DNA of 64,000 nucleotides from a virus: the IMG/VR virus record IMGVR_UViG_3300037418_004082. One strand, written 5' to 3'. A program made the position numbers and the translations under genes. Below the pieces are notes generated by a model. The model was given only the letters and a program-made list of their open reading frames with translations. It had not been told where the DNA came from and searched no databases. This document shows, in pieces, positions 9,571 to 18,676 of the stretch; positions within the stretch are counted from its first letter, which is position 1; every line of letters starts with the position of its first letter.

Positions 9571-9945
9571 ATGACCGCCCACGCCGAACAATTCGAAGAG
9601 TTCGAGGTGCACGAAGTGCCCACGAACGGCCCGGTTCCGATGAACCGCGCGTTCAGGGCATCCGTGGTGCCCGCGAAGCAACCGCCGAAGCCTCTCAAGG
9701 TCAGCTCGCACAGCGACGTCGGCCCTCTGGCCGGTGCGATCACCGAAACTATGAAGCGCCACGGCGCCTGCGAGATGCGCGCCATCGGCGCGGCCGCGGT
9801 CAACCAGGCGATGAAGGCTCTCGCCATCAGCCGGGGCCAGCTCGTTACCTCCGGCATCGACGTCGTGATGCGACCGTCGTTCTACGAGACGGTCATCGAA
9901 GGCCGTCCCATGAGCGGGTTGAGCTTCATCCTCGACTGCGCCTAG
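9571..9945 (+). CDS. spoVS: stage V sporulation protein S (SpoVS) family, Alba-like fold
   Basis: LKVSSHS..GPLAGAI...MRAIGAAAVNQAMKALAISRG...GID closely follows the SpoVS consensus (AIGAGALNQAVKAVAIARG); GAGGAG RBS. Confidence 0.9.
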   Translation: MTAHAEQFEEFEVHEVPTNGPVPMNRAFRASVVPAKQPPKPLKVSSHSDVGPLAGAITETMKRHGACEMRAIGAAAVNQAMKALAISRGQLVTSGIDVVMRPSFYETVIEGRPMSGLSFILDCA

Positions 9946-10529
9946 TCTTCGTTCCCTGCGTCAGCCATCGACTCCTCGTCGCCTTCGGGCGGCGGGGAGT
10001 CGATGTTTCCGGCCTCTTTTCTTTTAGCTTCCCGGGCCAGGGCGTCGCTGTGGGCGCCGCGCAGCAGGGCGAAGATCGTGGGGTCGATCACGTCGCCGCG
10101 CTCGTACCGCTTCTGGACGGTCTGGATCAGGTTGTGGATGCTCTTGGAAGGCGTGTCGGCCAGCACGGCCGCGACCGTCGTGGCGTCCTCCTCCTGGGCC
10201 TTGCGCGCGAGCAACGGCTGGTGTTGGCGCGCGGCCACGAAGGTGAAGGTCCTGCCCTTGTAGCTGACCACGTAGGAGCCCGTAGAAGCGTCCCAGGCCA
10301 GCGAGGGCTTGTACCGGGTGGGGACGAACCGTCCGACCCCCTTCACGGTCAAGCTGTCGCCGTTCGCGAGCACCTCCAGGAAGGTCGCCCAGAACGTCTC
10401 CATGATCAGCTCGACGTCGGCGGCCCGGAAGCCCGTCCGCTTGCTCACGATCTTGGCGAGGCCGTGGCCGGTGACGGTCTTGTTCGGGTCGGCGGGCTCC
10501 GTGGCCTTCCAGCGGCGTACGCGGGGCAT
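9942..10529 (-). CDS. HU/IHF-family DNA-binding protein with C-terminal extension
   Basis: LAKIVSKRTGFRAADVELIMETF...LANGDSLTVKGVGRF...AWDASTG HU-like pattern; about 90 extra C-terminal residues. Confidence 0.8.
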   Translation of the reverse strand: MPRVRRWKATEPADPNKTVTGHGLAKIVSKRTGFRAADVELIMETFWATFLEVLANGDSLTVKGVGRFVPTRYKPSLAWDASTGSYVVSYKGRTFTFVAARQHQPLLARKAQEEDATTVAAVLADTPSKSIHNLIQTVQKRYERGDVIDPTIFALLRGAHSDALAREAKRKEAGNIDSPPPEGDEESMADAGNED

Positions 10530-10542
10530 GGGTAGGTCCTCC

Positions 10543-11346
10543 TTAAACGATCTCGATGGCTTCCGCTTCGATCGTCGCCTTGCCGATGATGTGCTGCTCG
10601 ACAGGCGCCGTCATCAGCTTCATGGCGAAGCTGTGCAGGAAGTTGTCCTTGGTCTTGTTCAGGTCGAAACGCATGATGGTCTCGGCCAACTTGTGCACGC
10701 TCATCGACGCCGTCGTGAACATGTTCATCGTTGCTTGCAGACGCTTGAACGCCTCGTCGTCGTGCACGTTAATAAGCGTTTCGATGCTACGTGCAGAGTT
10801 GCCAAAGGCCATCATGTAGCGGTAGTTCATCGTGAGTGCGTCTTGTAATGCTTTACCTGGCTCGACTTGCTCTTCGCCCGATGTGGAGGCGAAGAAGCGC
10901 AGGTCGTCGTACGAGAACGTGAGAATGCGTCGCAACGACTCCGCGTGCATCGGGTCGCGACGGAACAAACCATCCAGGTACGCGAAACGATCCGTGGGTG
11001 ATTCGAACACCTTGATGTCGAAGAACAGGTCCGCGTAAGCTTGCACGACGGCCAGCTCGTCCGTCATCTGCAGCAAGTCCGCGGCCTTCTCGTAGTCGAG
11101 CGTCGCGAGCAGCATGGCGTCCATCACGAACCGGATCGCCGGCTGCTGGAACTTGAGGAGGGCGCGCACCACGGCGGGGTCGGGTGGCGGCGCCTTCTTG
11201 CCCTTGGGCCGCGGCGGGGGCTTGACCACGTTCACCAGCAGCTCGCTGATCGCGTCGGGCTTGGGCAGCATCTTGAGCCCGTCCTCGTGGCTGGGCATCT
11301 GGATCTGCGGCGCGACCCGGTTGTAGCGATGGCGGGGAGACAGCAT
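10543..11346 (-). CDS. hypothetical helical protein
   Basis: 267-aa ORF with GC3 bias, co-oriented with neighbours. Confidence 0.7.
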   Translation of the reverse strand: MLSPRHRYNRVAPQIQMPSHEDGLKMLPKPDAISELLVNVVKPPPRPKGKKAPPPDPAVVRALLKFQQPAIRFVMDAMLLATLDYEKAADLLQMTDELAVVQAYADLFFDIKVFESPTDRFAYLDGLFRRDPMHAESLRRILTFSYDDLRFFASTSGEEQVEPGKALQDALTMNYRYMMAFGNSARSIETLINVHDDEAFKRLQATMNMFTTASMSVHKLAETIMRFDLNKTKDNFLHSFAMKLMTAPVEQHIIGKATIEAEAIEIV

Positions 11347-11355
11347 GCGGCGGGG

Positions 11356-11706
11356 TTAGTCCTCGTCGCCGTCCTCTTCGTGGTCGTCCTCGCCCTGGTC
11401 GGGGTCGGGCTGCGCGGGAGGCGAAAGTAGTGCGGTCTGCGGCGCGGCGAGGTTGCGCGGCTTGATGCGGTAGCGGACGACCACCACCATTGTAGCCGCA
11501 ACGTAGTCTATTTCAACCCCCTGCCGATCGAAGGTGCGCTTCTCTTGCGTGCGGGTGACGTCTTCCTTGACGATCTCCAGGGTGTGCTGGTTCTGCGCGA
11601 TCAGCTCGTTGTAAGCCTTCAGCTCCCGGCCATCGTACAGGTCGAACACGCCGACCTGCTCGATGGCATCGGGTTCCTGGTAGCTCTTCCGCGGCAGAAA
11701 GAGCAC
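11356..11706 (-). CDS. hypothetical protein with acidic tail
   Basis: 116 aa; tail DQGEDDHEEDGDED. Confidence 0.7.
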   Translation of the reverse strand: MLFLPRKSYQEPDAIEQVGVFDLYDGRELKAYNELIAQNQHTLEIVKEDVTRTQEKRTFDRQGVEIDYVAATMVVVVRYRIKPRNLAAPQTALLSPPAQPDPDQGEDDHEEDGDED

Positions 11707-11709
11707 GTG

Positions 11710-13782
11710 CTACCCCACGTTCGTCATGAACTGGCCCCGGCTCACGCTGGCGTTGATCAGTGTGGAGCGGAACTTGTCGGCCTCGCGGAAGACCCGCAGG
11801 ACCTCTTGCTCCGTCAGGAACTTGACCTTGTCCAAGCGCACCAGGGTGAGGATGCGGCCCAGCTTATCGCCGACCTCGCCCAGCAGGCCGATCAGCTCCT
11901 GGGCGATCTGCATGACCTCGACGTCCGGCAGCTCGTTGGTGGCGAAGCCCATCAGGATGTCGCTGATGTCCGGCAGGCCCTCCACCTCGGGACCGATCGC
12001 CGCCGACGTGTCGATCACCATGCCCGGGTCCTCGCCCTGCTGCGTCATCCCCACGGCGTCCGCGCGGCCGCTGTTGTCGAAGGCGACCTTGAGGCTCATC
12101 AGGTCCATCGCCAGCTTCACGGCACCCGGCGACAACACGCCCGGCTTGCGGTCGAGTGACGGCTCCAACACGCTGGCCTCGAACGTGTCGTACTTGTAGT
12201 TGCTGATGTCGTTCAGGATGGAGAGCGCCTTGTCGGGCGTCATCGCGTAGCGGTGCACGAGGTGCTGCACGAACTGCCCTCGCGTCAACGGGCTGCTGGG
12301 CGCGCCGTGGTGCTCGGAGATGCGCCAGAGGCCACCGCCCTTGAACACCTTCACCTTGACCACGTGACGCTCCGTGTCCTCGCGCGAGTCGGCCAGCGTG
12401 TCGAAGCGGGAGTCCGCGTCGAGCTTGGTGGGGTTGATGGCGAAGACGCTGTAGCCTTCCTTCGGGTAGGCGATCTCGCCGGGGCCCATGCGGTAGACGC
12501 CGCGCTGGTTGCCGAAGGAGATCGTGATGATGGGCGCCGTCTCGTTCGAGACGAGAGGCTTGACCTGCAGGACCGTGGCACCACCCTGGGTGTGGTGCTT
12601 GCCGGCGATGCGGAAGGGCACCGACGCCTCGTTGGTGACGTGGTTGAACAGGAACGCCATCTCGCCAGGCTTCAGCTCCGCGCGGCGGTAGATGTGGCGC
12701 ATCTCGTCGCCGCTGGGCACGGCGGACGGCGCGGCGCGCCAGTGCGTGCCGTGGTCCACCGCGTAGCCGTCCGTGCAGACCGCGAGCTTGTAGCCGCAGG
12801 GCAGGCCGTCCAGGTGGAAGGTGCGGAAGACGCGCGCGGTGGTCTCCTTCTTCAGGCCGGGCAGCGCGATCTCGTACCAGCCCGGGTCCTTCACGCCCAT
12901 CTGCGAGACGGCGTCGAACTTGCGACGGTCGTGCTCCTCGACGGTCAGGTGCGCGCGGCGCAGCGGGCTCGCGTCGGGCGCGGTCGCCATGATCGGGTCG
13001 GCCTTCTTGGCCTCCTTGACCCGGGTATCGAGCACCACGACGTCGTTGCGCAGCAAGGACGCGACGTGCTCCGGCTGGTTCAGCTCGCGCAGCAGGCTCG
13101 CGGCCTTGGGCATCTCCAGCTCCGTGAACTGGTTGTCCACGCCCACCTGCACGGCGCCCGACGGACGGGCCTCCATGGTCACCAGGTGGCCGGCAGCGGC
13201 CGCCTTGACGATGCGAGCGGGGTCGGTGGTCGCCTTGGCCGTGGCGAGCACGTGCTTCATCGTGGTCGCGTAGACGGGGAAGTCGGCGGCCGCGGCCTTC
13301 ATCGCTTCGTCGATCTCCTTCACGCGGGCGTCGTCCATCACCAGGATCTGGCTGGAGAGCTTCACGCGCTCGAACGAACGCATCACGTGCATGGGGCTGC
13401 GGCGGCCACCCTGGCGGTCGCTCGCGAACGGCGGCACCATCTCCAGGAACACGTCCCGGTCGATCGACGCCGGCATCCGCTCGACCACGGTGCCCATGCC
13501 GACGTTGTTGAACACGAACATCAGGTTGGGCTCCGACAGGTAGCAGAAGCGCGGCTCGCCGGCCTGGTGGAAGATGAGCGTGTCGAAGGGCTTCAGCTCG
13601 AACTCGCGCACGACGTACGGCACGACGGCGTTGTTCACCGGCACGACGCCATAGCCGTTGCCTTCCTCGTCCACGCCCAGCTCCTTCGTCTCGACGACGT
13701 AGGGCTCCAGCACGGGAAACTGCTGCAGGAGCGCTTGGATGATATAGGCACCCCACTGGACGGGATTCAAAGGCAGGCGCAT
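11710..13782 (-). CDS. large hypothetical protein, possibly virion structural
   Basis: 690 aa from ATG after AAGGAG; divergent from the baseplate-like gene; function not recognised. Confidence 0.6.
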   Translation of the reverse strand: MRLPLNPVQWGAYIIQALLQQFPVLEPYVVETKELGVDEEGNGYGVVPVNNAVVPYVVREFELKPFDTLIFHQAGEPRFCYLSEPNLMFVFNNVGMGTVVERMPASIDRDVFLEMVPPFASDRQGGRRSPMHVMRSFERVKLSSQILVMDDARVKEIDEAMKAAAADFPVYATTMKHVLATAKATTDPARIVKAAAAGHLVTMEARPSGAVQVGVDNQFTELEMPKAASLLRELNQPEHVASLLRNDVVVLDTRVKEAKKADPIMATAPDASPLRRAHLTVEEHDRRKFDAVSQMGVKDPGWYEIALPGLKKETTARVFRTFHLDGLPCGYKLAVCTDGYAVDHGTHWRAAPSAVPSGDEMRHIYRRAELKPGEMAFLFNHVTNEASVPFRIAGKHHTQGGATVLQVKPLVSNETAPIITISFGNQRGVYRMGPGEIAYPKEGYSVFAINPTKLDADSRFDTLADSREDTERHVVKVKVFKGGGLWRISEHHGAPSSPLTRGQFVQHLVHRYAMTPDKALSILNDISNYKYDTFEASVLEPSLDRKPGVLSPGAVKLAMDLMSLKVAFDNSGRADAVGMTQQGEDPGMVIDTSAAIGPEVEGLPDISDILMGFATNELPDVEVMQIAQELIGLLGEVGDKLGRILTLVRLDKVKFLTEQEVLRVFREADKFRSTLINASVSRGQFMTNVG

Positions 13783-13832
13783 GATAATCTCCTTGGCTGG
13801 GTTCAAGCTAATTATCATCCGAAGCAGGTAAC

Positions 13833-15368
13833 ATGCGCGACGGTACGCTCTTCATCCAATTCTTGAGCGACTTCTGGACCACCGTCTGGACCGACCGCAA
13901 ACTGCTCGTGAAGGCGGTTGGCGCCCAAGTGGAGCTGCTCCAACGGCTCTACCTGCAGGCCGTCCGCGTCGCCGCGCCGGACTTCATCGACCAGCTCCCG
14001 ATCTTCCGCGAGGACTTCTGGCACCTGATCACGCTGGCGGAGAGCGCCGCGATCGACGTCGCCAAGACCAAGTACCGCCTCGACGCGCGGTACGAGACCG
14101 TGCCCTTCCTCTACAACAAGGTCTTCAACCCGACCAAGGTCCTGCGCGAAGGCGTGGACTACACCATCACCAAAGACGTGCCCGTCGGCGCGAACGACAG
14201 CACCCAGGTGGCGCCGTCTGTCATCACGTTCACGAGCAACCCCTTCGCCGACGCGACGATGCCCATCGCGGCGTCCGGCACCGACAAGCTGCTCGCCTTC
14301 TTCGCGCCCAAGGTGCTGGTGGACCAGGACGACCTGTACCGCTTGTTCGGCCACCTGGTCAACATCGTGCAGCCCTCCAGCGAGCAGTACCGCCAGCTCA
14401 TCAAGGGCGCGCTCTCGCTCTACGCGCACGGCCCCAAGCTGTTCTTGATGAACGCCGGCCTCAACATGGCCGCGGGCTACCCGGTGAGCCGTGACTTCGA
14501 TCGCGTGACCGGTATCACGAACAACGCCACGCACTACGTGATCCGCACGGAGAAGGGCGTGCGCTACGACATCCCGCTCGTGGCTACCTTGTCCGTGCAG
14601 GTGAACTCCAAGCTGCGGCCCTTCTCGACCTTCATCACCGACATCCGGTTGATGGACCACCACACGGTGCCGGAGTGGTGGAAGGGCGGCCGCGGGAACA
14701 CCAACCCGGAGTTCCGCATCGTCAACTACATCCCGCCAGAGATGGCACCCGAACTTGATGCCGCCATGCGTGACGACCCCGAAGTGATCGACTACCTGTT
14801 CGAGCAGTTCTTCAAGACGCACACGTTCGGCATGCAGGTGAACACGTTGGCCGTCCAGAACTTCGACGCGATCGAGGCGTTCTACAAGCTCGTCTTCGAT
14901 GTGAAGCCCTCACACACGAGCCCCTACATCAACTCGTTCTTCAAGGCGGAGCTGCTGTTCGAGCTGCCGGAGGAGGACCCGGAGGTGCACAGCCTGATCG
15001 AGCTGATGGCCCAGCTCGACACCGGCTCCGACCGCGACGACGCGGACTACTGGAGCTTCCCGCCCGACGTCGTCATGAACTCGGAACTGGTGCTGAACGC
15101 CGACCCCAGCTTCATGACGCAGAGCAACTACGACAGGCCCGCGCTGTCGGCCGACATCGACCTGGACGAGCCGGTGCAGACCGGCGGCGGCCAGTTCACC
15201 TTGGGCGGCCTGACCCGTCTGGGTGGCGGCGGACCGCTCGACAGCATGCGCGAGCACGTCAACATCACGGCGACCATCGAGCTGGAAGACGAAGTGGACA
15301 CGCCGACCGAAGTCGTCGGCATCTTCGTGACGGACGAGGACACGAACGTCACGACACAGGTCGTGTGA
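13833..15368 (+). CDS. putative baseplate/tail structural protein
   Basis: LREGVDYTI...VITF beta motif, YAHGPKL..GLN..AGYP segment resembling myophage wedge proteins, acidic C-terminus; precedes cell-wall hydrolases. Confidence 0.45.
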   Translation: MRDGTLFIQFLSDFWTTVWTDRKLLVKAVGAQVELLQRLYLQAVRVAAPDFIDQLPIFREDFWHLITLAESAAIDVAKTKYRLDARYETVPFLYNKVFNPTKVLREGVDYTITKDVPVGANDSTQVAPSVITFTSNPFADATMPIAASGTDKLLAFFAPKVLVDQDDLYRLFGHLVNIVQPSSEQYRQLIKGALSLYAHGPKLFLMNAGLNMAAGYPVSRDFDRVTGITNNATHYVIRTEKGVRYDIPLVATLSVQVNSKLRPFSTFITDIRLMDHHTVPEWWKGGRGNTNPEFRIVNYIPPEMAPELDAAMRDDPEVIDYLFEQFFKTHTFGMQVNTLAVQNFDAIEAFYKLVFDVKPSHTSPYINSFFKAELLFELPEEDPEVHSLIELMAQLDTGSDRDDADYWSFPPDVVMNSELVLNADPSFMTQSNYDRPALSADIDLDEPVQTGGGQFTLGGLTRLGGGGPLDSMREHVNITATIELEDEVDTPTEVVGIFVTDEDTNVTTQVV

Positions 15369-15369
15369 C

Positions 15370-16035
15370 GTGGCGGACCTGCTGCAGAGCAAGGAGCTAC
15401 GCCCCTTCCTCGACGACATCGGGGCGGGTGCGAACGCGTCCACGGTGGCACCGAACCACGTCTACCGCGAGACCCTTCGCCTGCTACGCCTGCGCCAGTA
15501 CCCGCCGGCCGAAGTCACCACGTGGCGCAACAACAACCAGGCCATCGAAGCGCTGATCGGCGCCATGCTCGCGCCCGCGCCGCCGCTCACCCCAGACACG
15601 TCGGTGACGGGCAACATCGGACCCACGGCCGCGGACCGGGCGGCAGCGTTCCTGCGCGGCACGCCCCAAGGCCCGCGCGAGATGATCCTGCTCAAGGGCA
15701 TGGGCCTGGGCGGCGCCGACGTGGTGGCGAGCCTGCAGTTCGGCCCCAAGGTGCGCGCGTGCGTATTGGCAGCTCGCGCCGCCGGCCACAAGCTCGTCAT
15801 CAACAACTGCTACCGCGACTACGACCCGAAGCAGAGCAACGCCGCCCAGGGTGGCACCTCGAACCATCGCTACGGCAACGCGGTGGACTTCGACATCGCG
15901 AACTCCGGCATCGCCGCGATCGACTGGGTTCACGCCAACAAGAACAAGTTCGGGCTCAAGAACGAGCTGTGGAACCGCACGCAGCCCAAGGACTACACGC
16001 TGGAGTACAACCACTTCTCGATCGACGGACACTAG
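15370..16035 (+). CDS. peptidase M15 family Zn peptidoglycan hydrolase with novel N-terminal module
   Basis: YRD...SNHRYGNAVD...EYNH = M15 R..SxHxxGxAxD..ExxH ligands. Confidence 0.85.
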   Translation: MADLLQSKELRPFLDDIGAGANASTVAPNHVYRETLRLLRLRQYPPAEVTTWRNNNQAIEALIGAMLAPAPPLTPDTSVTGNIGPTAADRAAAFLRGTPQGPREMILLKGMGLGGADVVASLQFGPKVRACVLAARAAGHKLVINNCYRDYDPKQSNAAQGGTSNHRYGNAVDFDIANSGIAAIDWVHANKNKFGLKNELWNRTQPKDYTLEYNHFSIDGH

Positions 16036-16038
16036 CCC

Positions 16039-16833
16039 ATGCCACGCCCCGAAGCCGACCCTGCTCTCAAGCCCTTCCTGCAGGACATTGGCGTCCTCGA
16101 CGCCAACACCAAGGGCTCGAACCACGTCTACACGGCCACGATCGCCACGCTGCGCAAGCGGGCCTACGAGGCGCGCGGCAAGTGGGAGCAAGACAACAGC
16201 GCGATCACCGCGATCGTCGGTGCCATGCTTGCCCCGCCTGCACCACTGCCGTCCACGTCGAGTGTCCCCATCGACTCCGCCTCGTTGAGCGGCTTGTTGA
16301 ACACGTCAATCGAAGACTTTAACAAGAACATCGCTGGCCGTTTCGAGCCGTACGTCAAGTTCTTTGCGCCAGGTTGTCGTTATATCCAGCAGAAGTATGG
16401 CGTGCCCGGCGTGTTCGTCATCATCGCTGGCGAGCTGGAAAACTCGTTGGGCAATCCGGCCGTGATGTTGGGACGTAACATGTTCAACATCGAAGCGACG
16501 GGCTGGCACGGTAAGACCGTCACGTACTACCAGAAGGACGGTGCGGGTGTGAAGCACGCACGTAAGTTCCGCGATTACGACAGTTACTTCCAAGCGGTGG
16601 ACGACTTCGGCAAGCTGCTCGCGAGCAACGCCGGCAACGGGCGTGATACCTACGCGGCGGCCCTGGCCCGCTACAAGCGGGACAAGGACCTAAGCAAGTA
16701 CCTGCTGGCCGCCCGCCTGATCTACGCACCGCCCACGGAGACGCTGGGCGGCGGCAACTCCGCCAACCCGCTGCCGGACATGCTCAAGGTAGTCGCCCGG
16801 GTACGCGCGATCGACCCGTCGATTGTCCCCTAG
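16039..16833 (+). CDS. GH73 glucosaminidase/muramidase (FlgJ-like) with novel N-terminal module
   Basis: ELE..G, NMFNIEA..W.G, FRDYDSY..AVDDFGKLL, YA motifs. Confidence 0.8.
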   Translation: MPRPEADPALKPFLQDIGVLDANTKGSNHVYTATIATLRKRAYEARGKWEQDNSAITAIVGAMLAPPAPLPSTSSVPIDSASLSGLLNTSIEDFNKNIAGRFEPYVKFFAPGCRYIQQKYGVPGVFVIIAGELENSLGNPAVMLGRNMFNIEATGWHGKTVTYYQKDGAGVKHARKFRDYDSYFQAVDDFGKLLASNAGNGRDTYAAALARYKRDKDLSKYLLAARLIYAPPTETLGGGNSANPLPDMLKVVARVRAIDPSIVP

Positions 16834-17162
16834 CGCAGCTCCGCGAACAGGTTGCCGCGCCAGGGCGGCGGACCGTCGCCCAGCTTGTGCAGCTTGCGCG
16901 TGCGGTACTCCTCGACCGTCATCAGGACTTGGGCTCGCTCAAGCGTGATGTGCCGTTCCTTCACGCGCACCGCCATGATGGCGTAGTCGGCCGCCAGGTG
17001 CCACCATCCGCTGGGCCGCTTGTCGTCGCACTGGCCTTCGCGGTACGTGTCCCACACGGCCTTCTGCAGCACCTTGGGCACGGCACGCCAGTGCATCCCG
17101 CACATCAGGTGCGTCGGTGGGCACGAGCGCGTGCAGTCGTAGGCGTGGCAGGTATGCTTCAC
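16830..17162 (-). CDS. hypothetical phage protein (C/H-rich: CHAYDC...LMCGMHW)
   Basis: GTG overlapping helicase stop; recurrent phage motif MC..HW..VP. Confidence 0.7.
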   Translation of the reverse strand: MKHTCHAYDCTRSCPPTHLMCGMHWRAVPKVLQKAVWDTYREGQCDDKRPSGWWHLAADYAIMAVRVKERHITLERAQVLMTVEEYRTRKLHKLGDGPPPWRGNLFAELR

Positions 17163-18673
17163 GACACGTCCTTCTTCTCGTCCTTCGACGGCGGCTCGAC
17201 GAAGTAGTAGAACTGCTTCGAGCGCGTCAAGGCGACGTACATCAGGTTCTCCTCCTGGTCCCGCTCCCACGCCGACGTGGCCTTGGGGTGGGGGATCAAG
17301 TCGGGCCGCAGCAGGAACACGCACTCCGCCTCCAAGCCCTTGGCCCGGTGGATGCTGGAGAGGACCACCTGGTTGCCCTTCTCCTCCGTGAGCCCCTTGA
17401 TGACGCCCTTGATGGCCGACGCGTCGTAGATCTTGCGCGAGCGCGCGATCGACAGCACGACCTCCACCTGGTCCTCGACTTCCGCGAGCATGGTCTCCGC
17501 GTTGAGGTACTCCTTCAGCTCGTCGTACCGCTTCTTCACGAACGCCTTGCAGCCGGCGAGCAGTGCGTCGTACGTCTTGCCCTTGTACTTGGTCTCCGTC
17601 TCCACGTAGTGGAGGATGGTGCTGAACTCCTTGAGGATGTCCTTGCCCTGGATGCGCGCGGGGATGCCGCGGTCGATCAGCTCCAGGCAGAGCGCGTACA
17701 GCGGCGCGTTCACACGGCAGAGGATCAGGTCGTCGGGCTCGACCTCGTGGAAGATGTCCTCGTGCGGGATGTGGAAGATCTCGCCGTCGTCCGCGCCGGG
17801 CGCCGCTTCGATCTGGGGCACGTACTGCTTCGCCAGCGCGACGTGCTTCTTCGGGCAGCGGTAGGTGACGGAGAGCGGCAGCTCCGTGATGCCCGGCAGC
17901 GCACGCAGGGCCTCCACGGAGGCGGTGTCGGCACCGGTGAAGCCGTAGATGGCCTGGGCCGGGTCCAGCACGAAGAAGATGCGGCCGCCGGGCTTGAGGC
18001 TCTTGAGCAGCAGCTCGCGCTGGGCGCGGCTCAAGTCCTGGGCCTCGTCCACGAAGATGTAGTCGTACTGGGGCACGGCCATCGGCGCGACGTTGGGGAG
18101 CCAGAGCATGTCGTCGAACGTGATCCGCCCGGTCTCGAACGCCATGCGGTAGCCGATGTCCATCGCTTCGGCTGCCCACTCGAAGACCTCCGGGTACTTC
18201 GTCGAGAGACCGTAGTGCTCCGCGAGCAGCTTCATCGCGTCCTTGTCACGAGGGTTCGTCAGCGTGACCTGCGCATAGTGCACGTAGTCAAGCGTCAGGT
18301 TGCGCATGTAGTATTTCGAGTGAGTGATGCCCTTGCGCCAGTTCTTCACGACGATCTGCTCGCAAATGTCGTGGTACTTGTACTGGAAGTCGTTCCGCTG
18401 CATGTGCGGGATGACTTGCTCGATGGCGTTCATACCCAGCTTGTGGTTCGTGAACACGTCCACGTACAAGGGCAGACGCGAGCGCAGCACGCCAGCGATC
18501 GAGTTGTTGAACGCGGAGAACAGGACCTTCAAGTGCGTCGGCACGAGCGCCATCGCGTTCACGAACGTGGTCGTCTTGCCGGAGCCGGCGACCGCGGAGA
18601 TGAAGGCGTGCCCGTCGCCGTGCGCGACGAAGTCGTAGATGTCCTGCTGGAACCGCGAAGGCGCGACGACCAC
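17159..18673 (-). CDS. UvrD/Rep-like SF1 helicase
   Basis: AVAGSGKTTT, VDEAQD, DPAQAIYGF.GA, TYRCP, SSIHRAKGLE, NLMYVALTR. Confidence 0.93.
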   Translation of the reverse strand: MVVAPSRFQQDIYDFVAHGDGHAFISAVAGSGKTTTFVNAMALVPTHLKVLFSAFNNSIAGVLRSRLPLYVDVFTNHKLGMNAIEQVIPHMQRNDFQYKYHDICEQIVVKNWRKGITHSKYYMRNLTLDYVHYAQVTLTNPRDKDAMKLLAEHYGLSTKYPEVFEWAAEAMDIGYRMAFETGRITFDDMLWLPNVAPMAVPQYDYIFVDEAQDLSRAQRELLLKSLKPGGRIFFVLDPAQAIYGFTGADTASVEALRALPGITELPLSVTYRCPKKHVALAKQYVPQIEAAPGADDGEIFHIPHEDIFHEVEPDDLILCRVNAPLYALCLELIDRGIPARIQGKDILKEFSTILHYVETETKYKGKTYDALLAGCKAFVKKRYDELKEYLNAETMLAEVEDQVEVVLSIARSRKIYDASAIKGVIKGLTEEKGNQVVLSSIHRAKGLEAECVFLLRPDLIPHPKATSAWERDQEENLMYVALTRSKQFYYFVEPPSKDEKKDVS

Positions 18674-18676
18674 GCG

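Noticed and set aside
11710-13782. Major capsid or portal assignment; recurring K-x-A motifs as maturation sites
   Set aside because: No recognisable HK97 or portal motifs, and the motif frequency cannot be judged without statistics.
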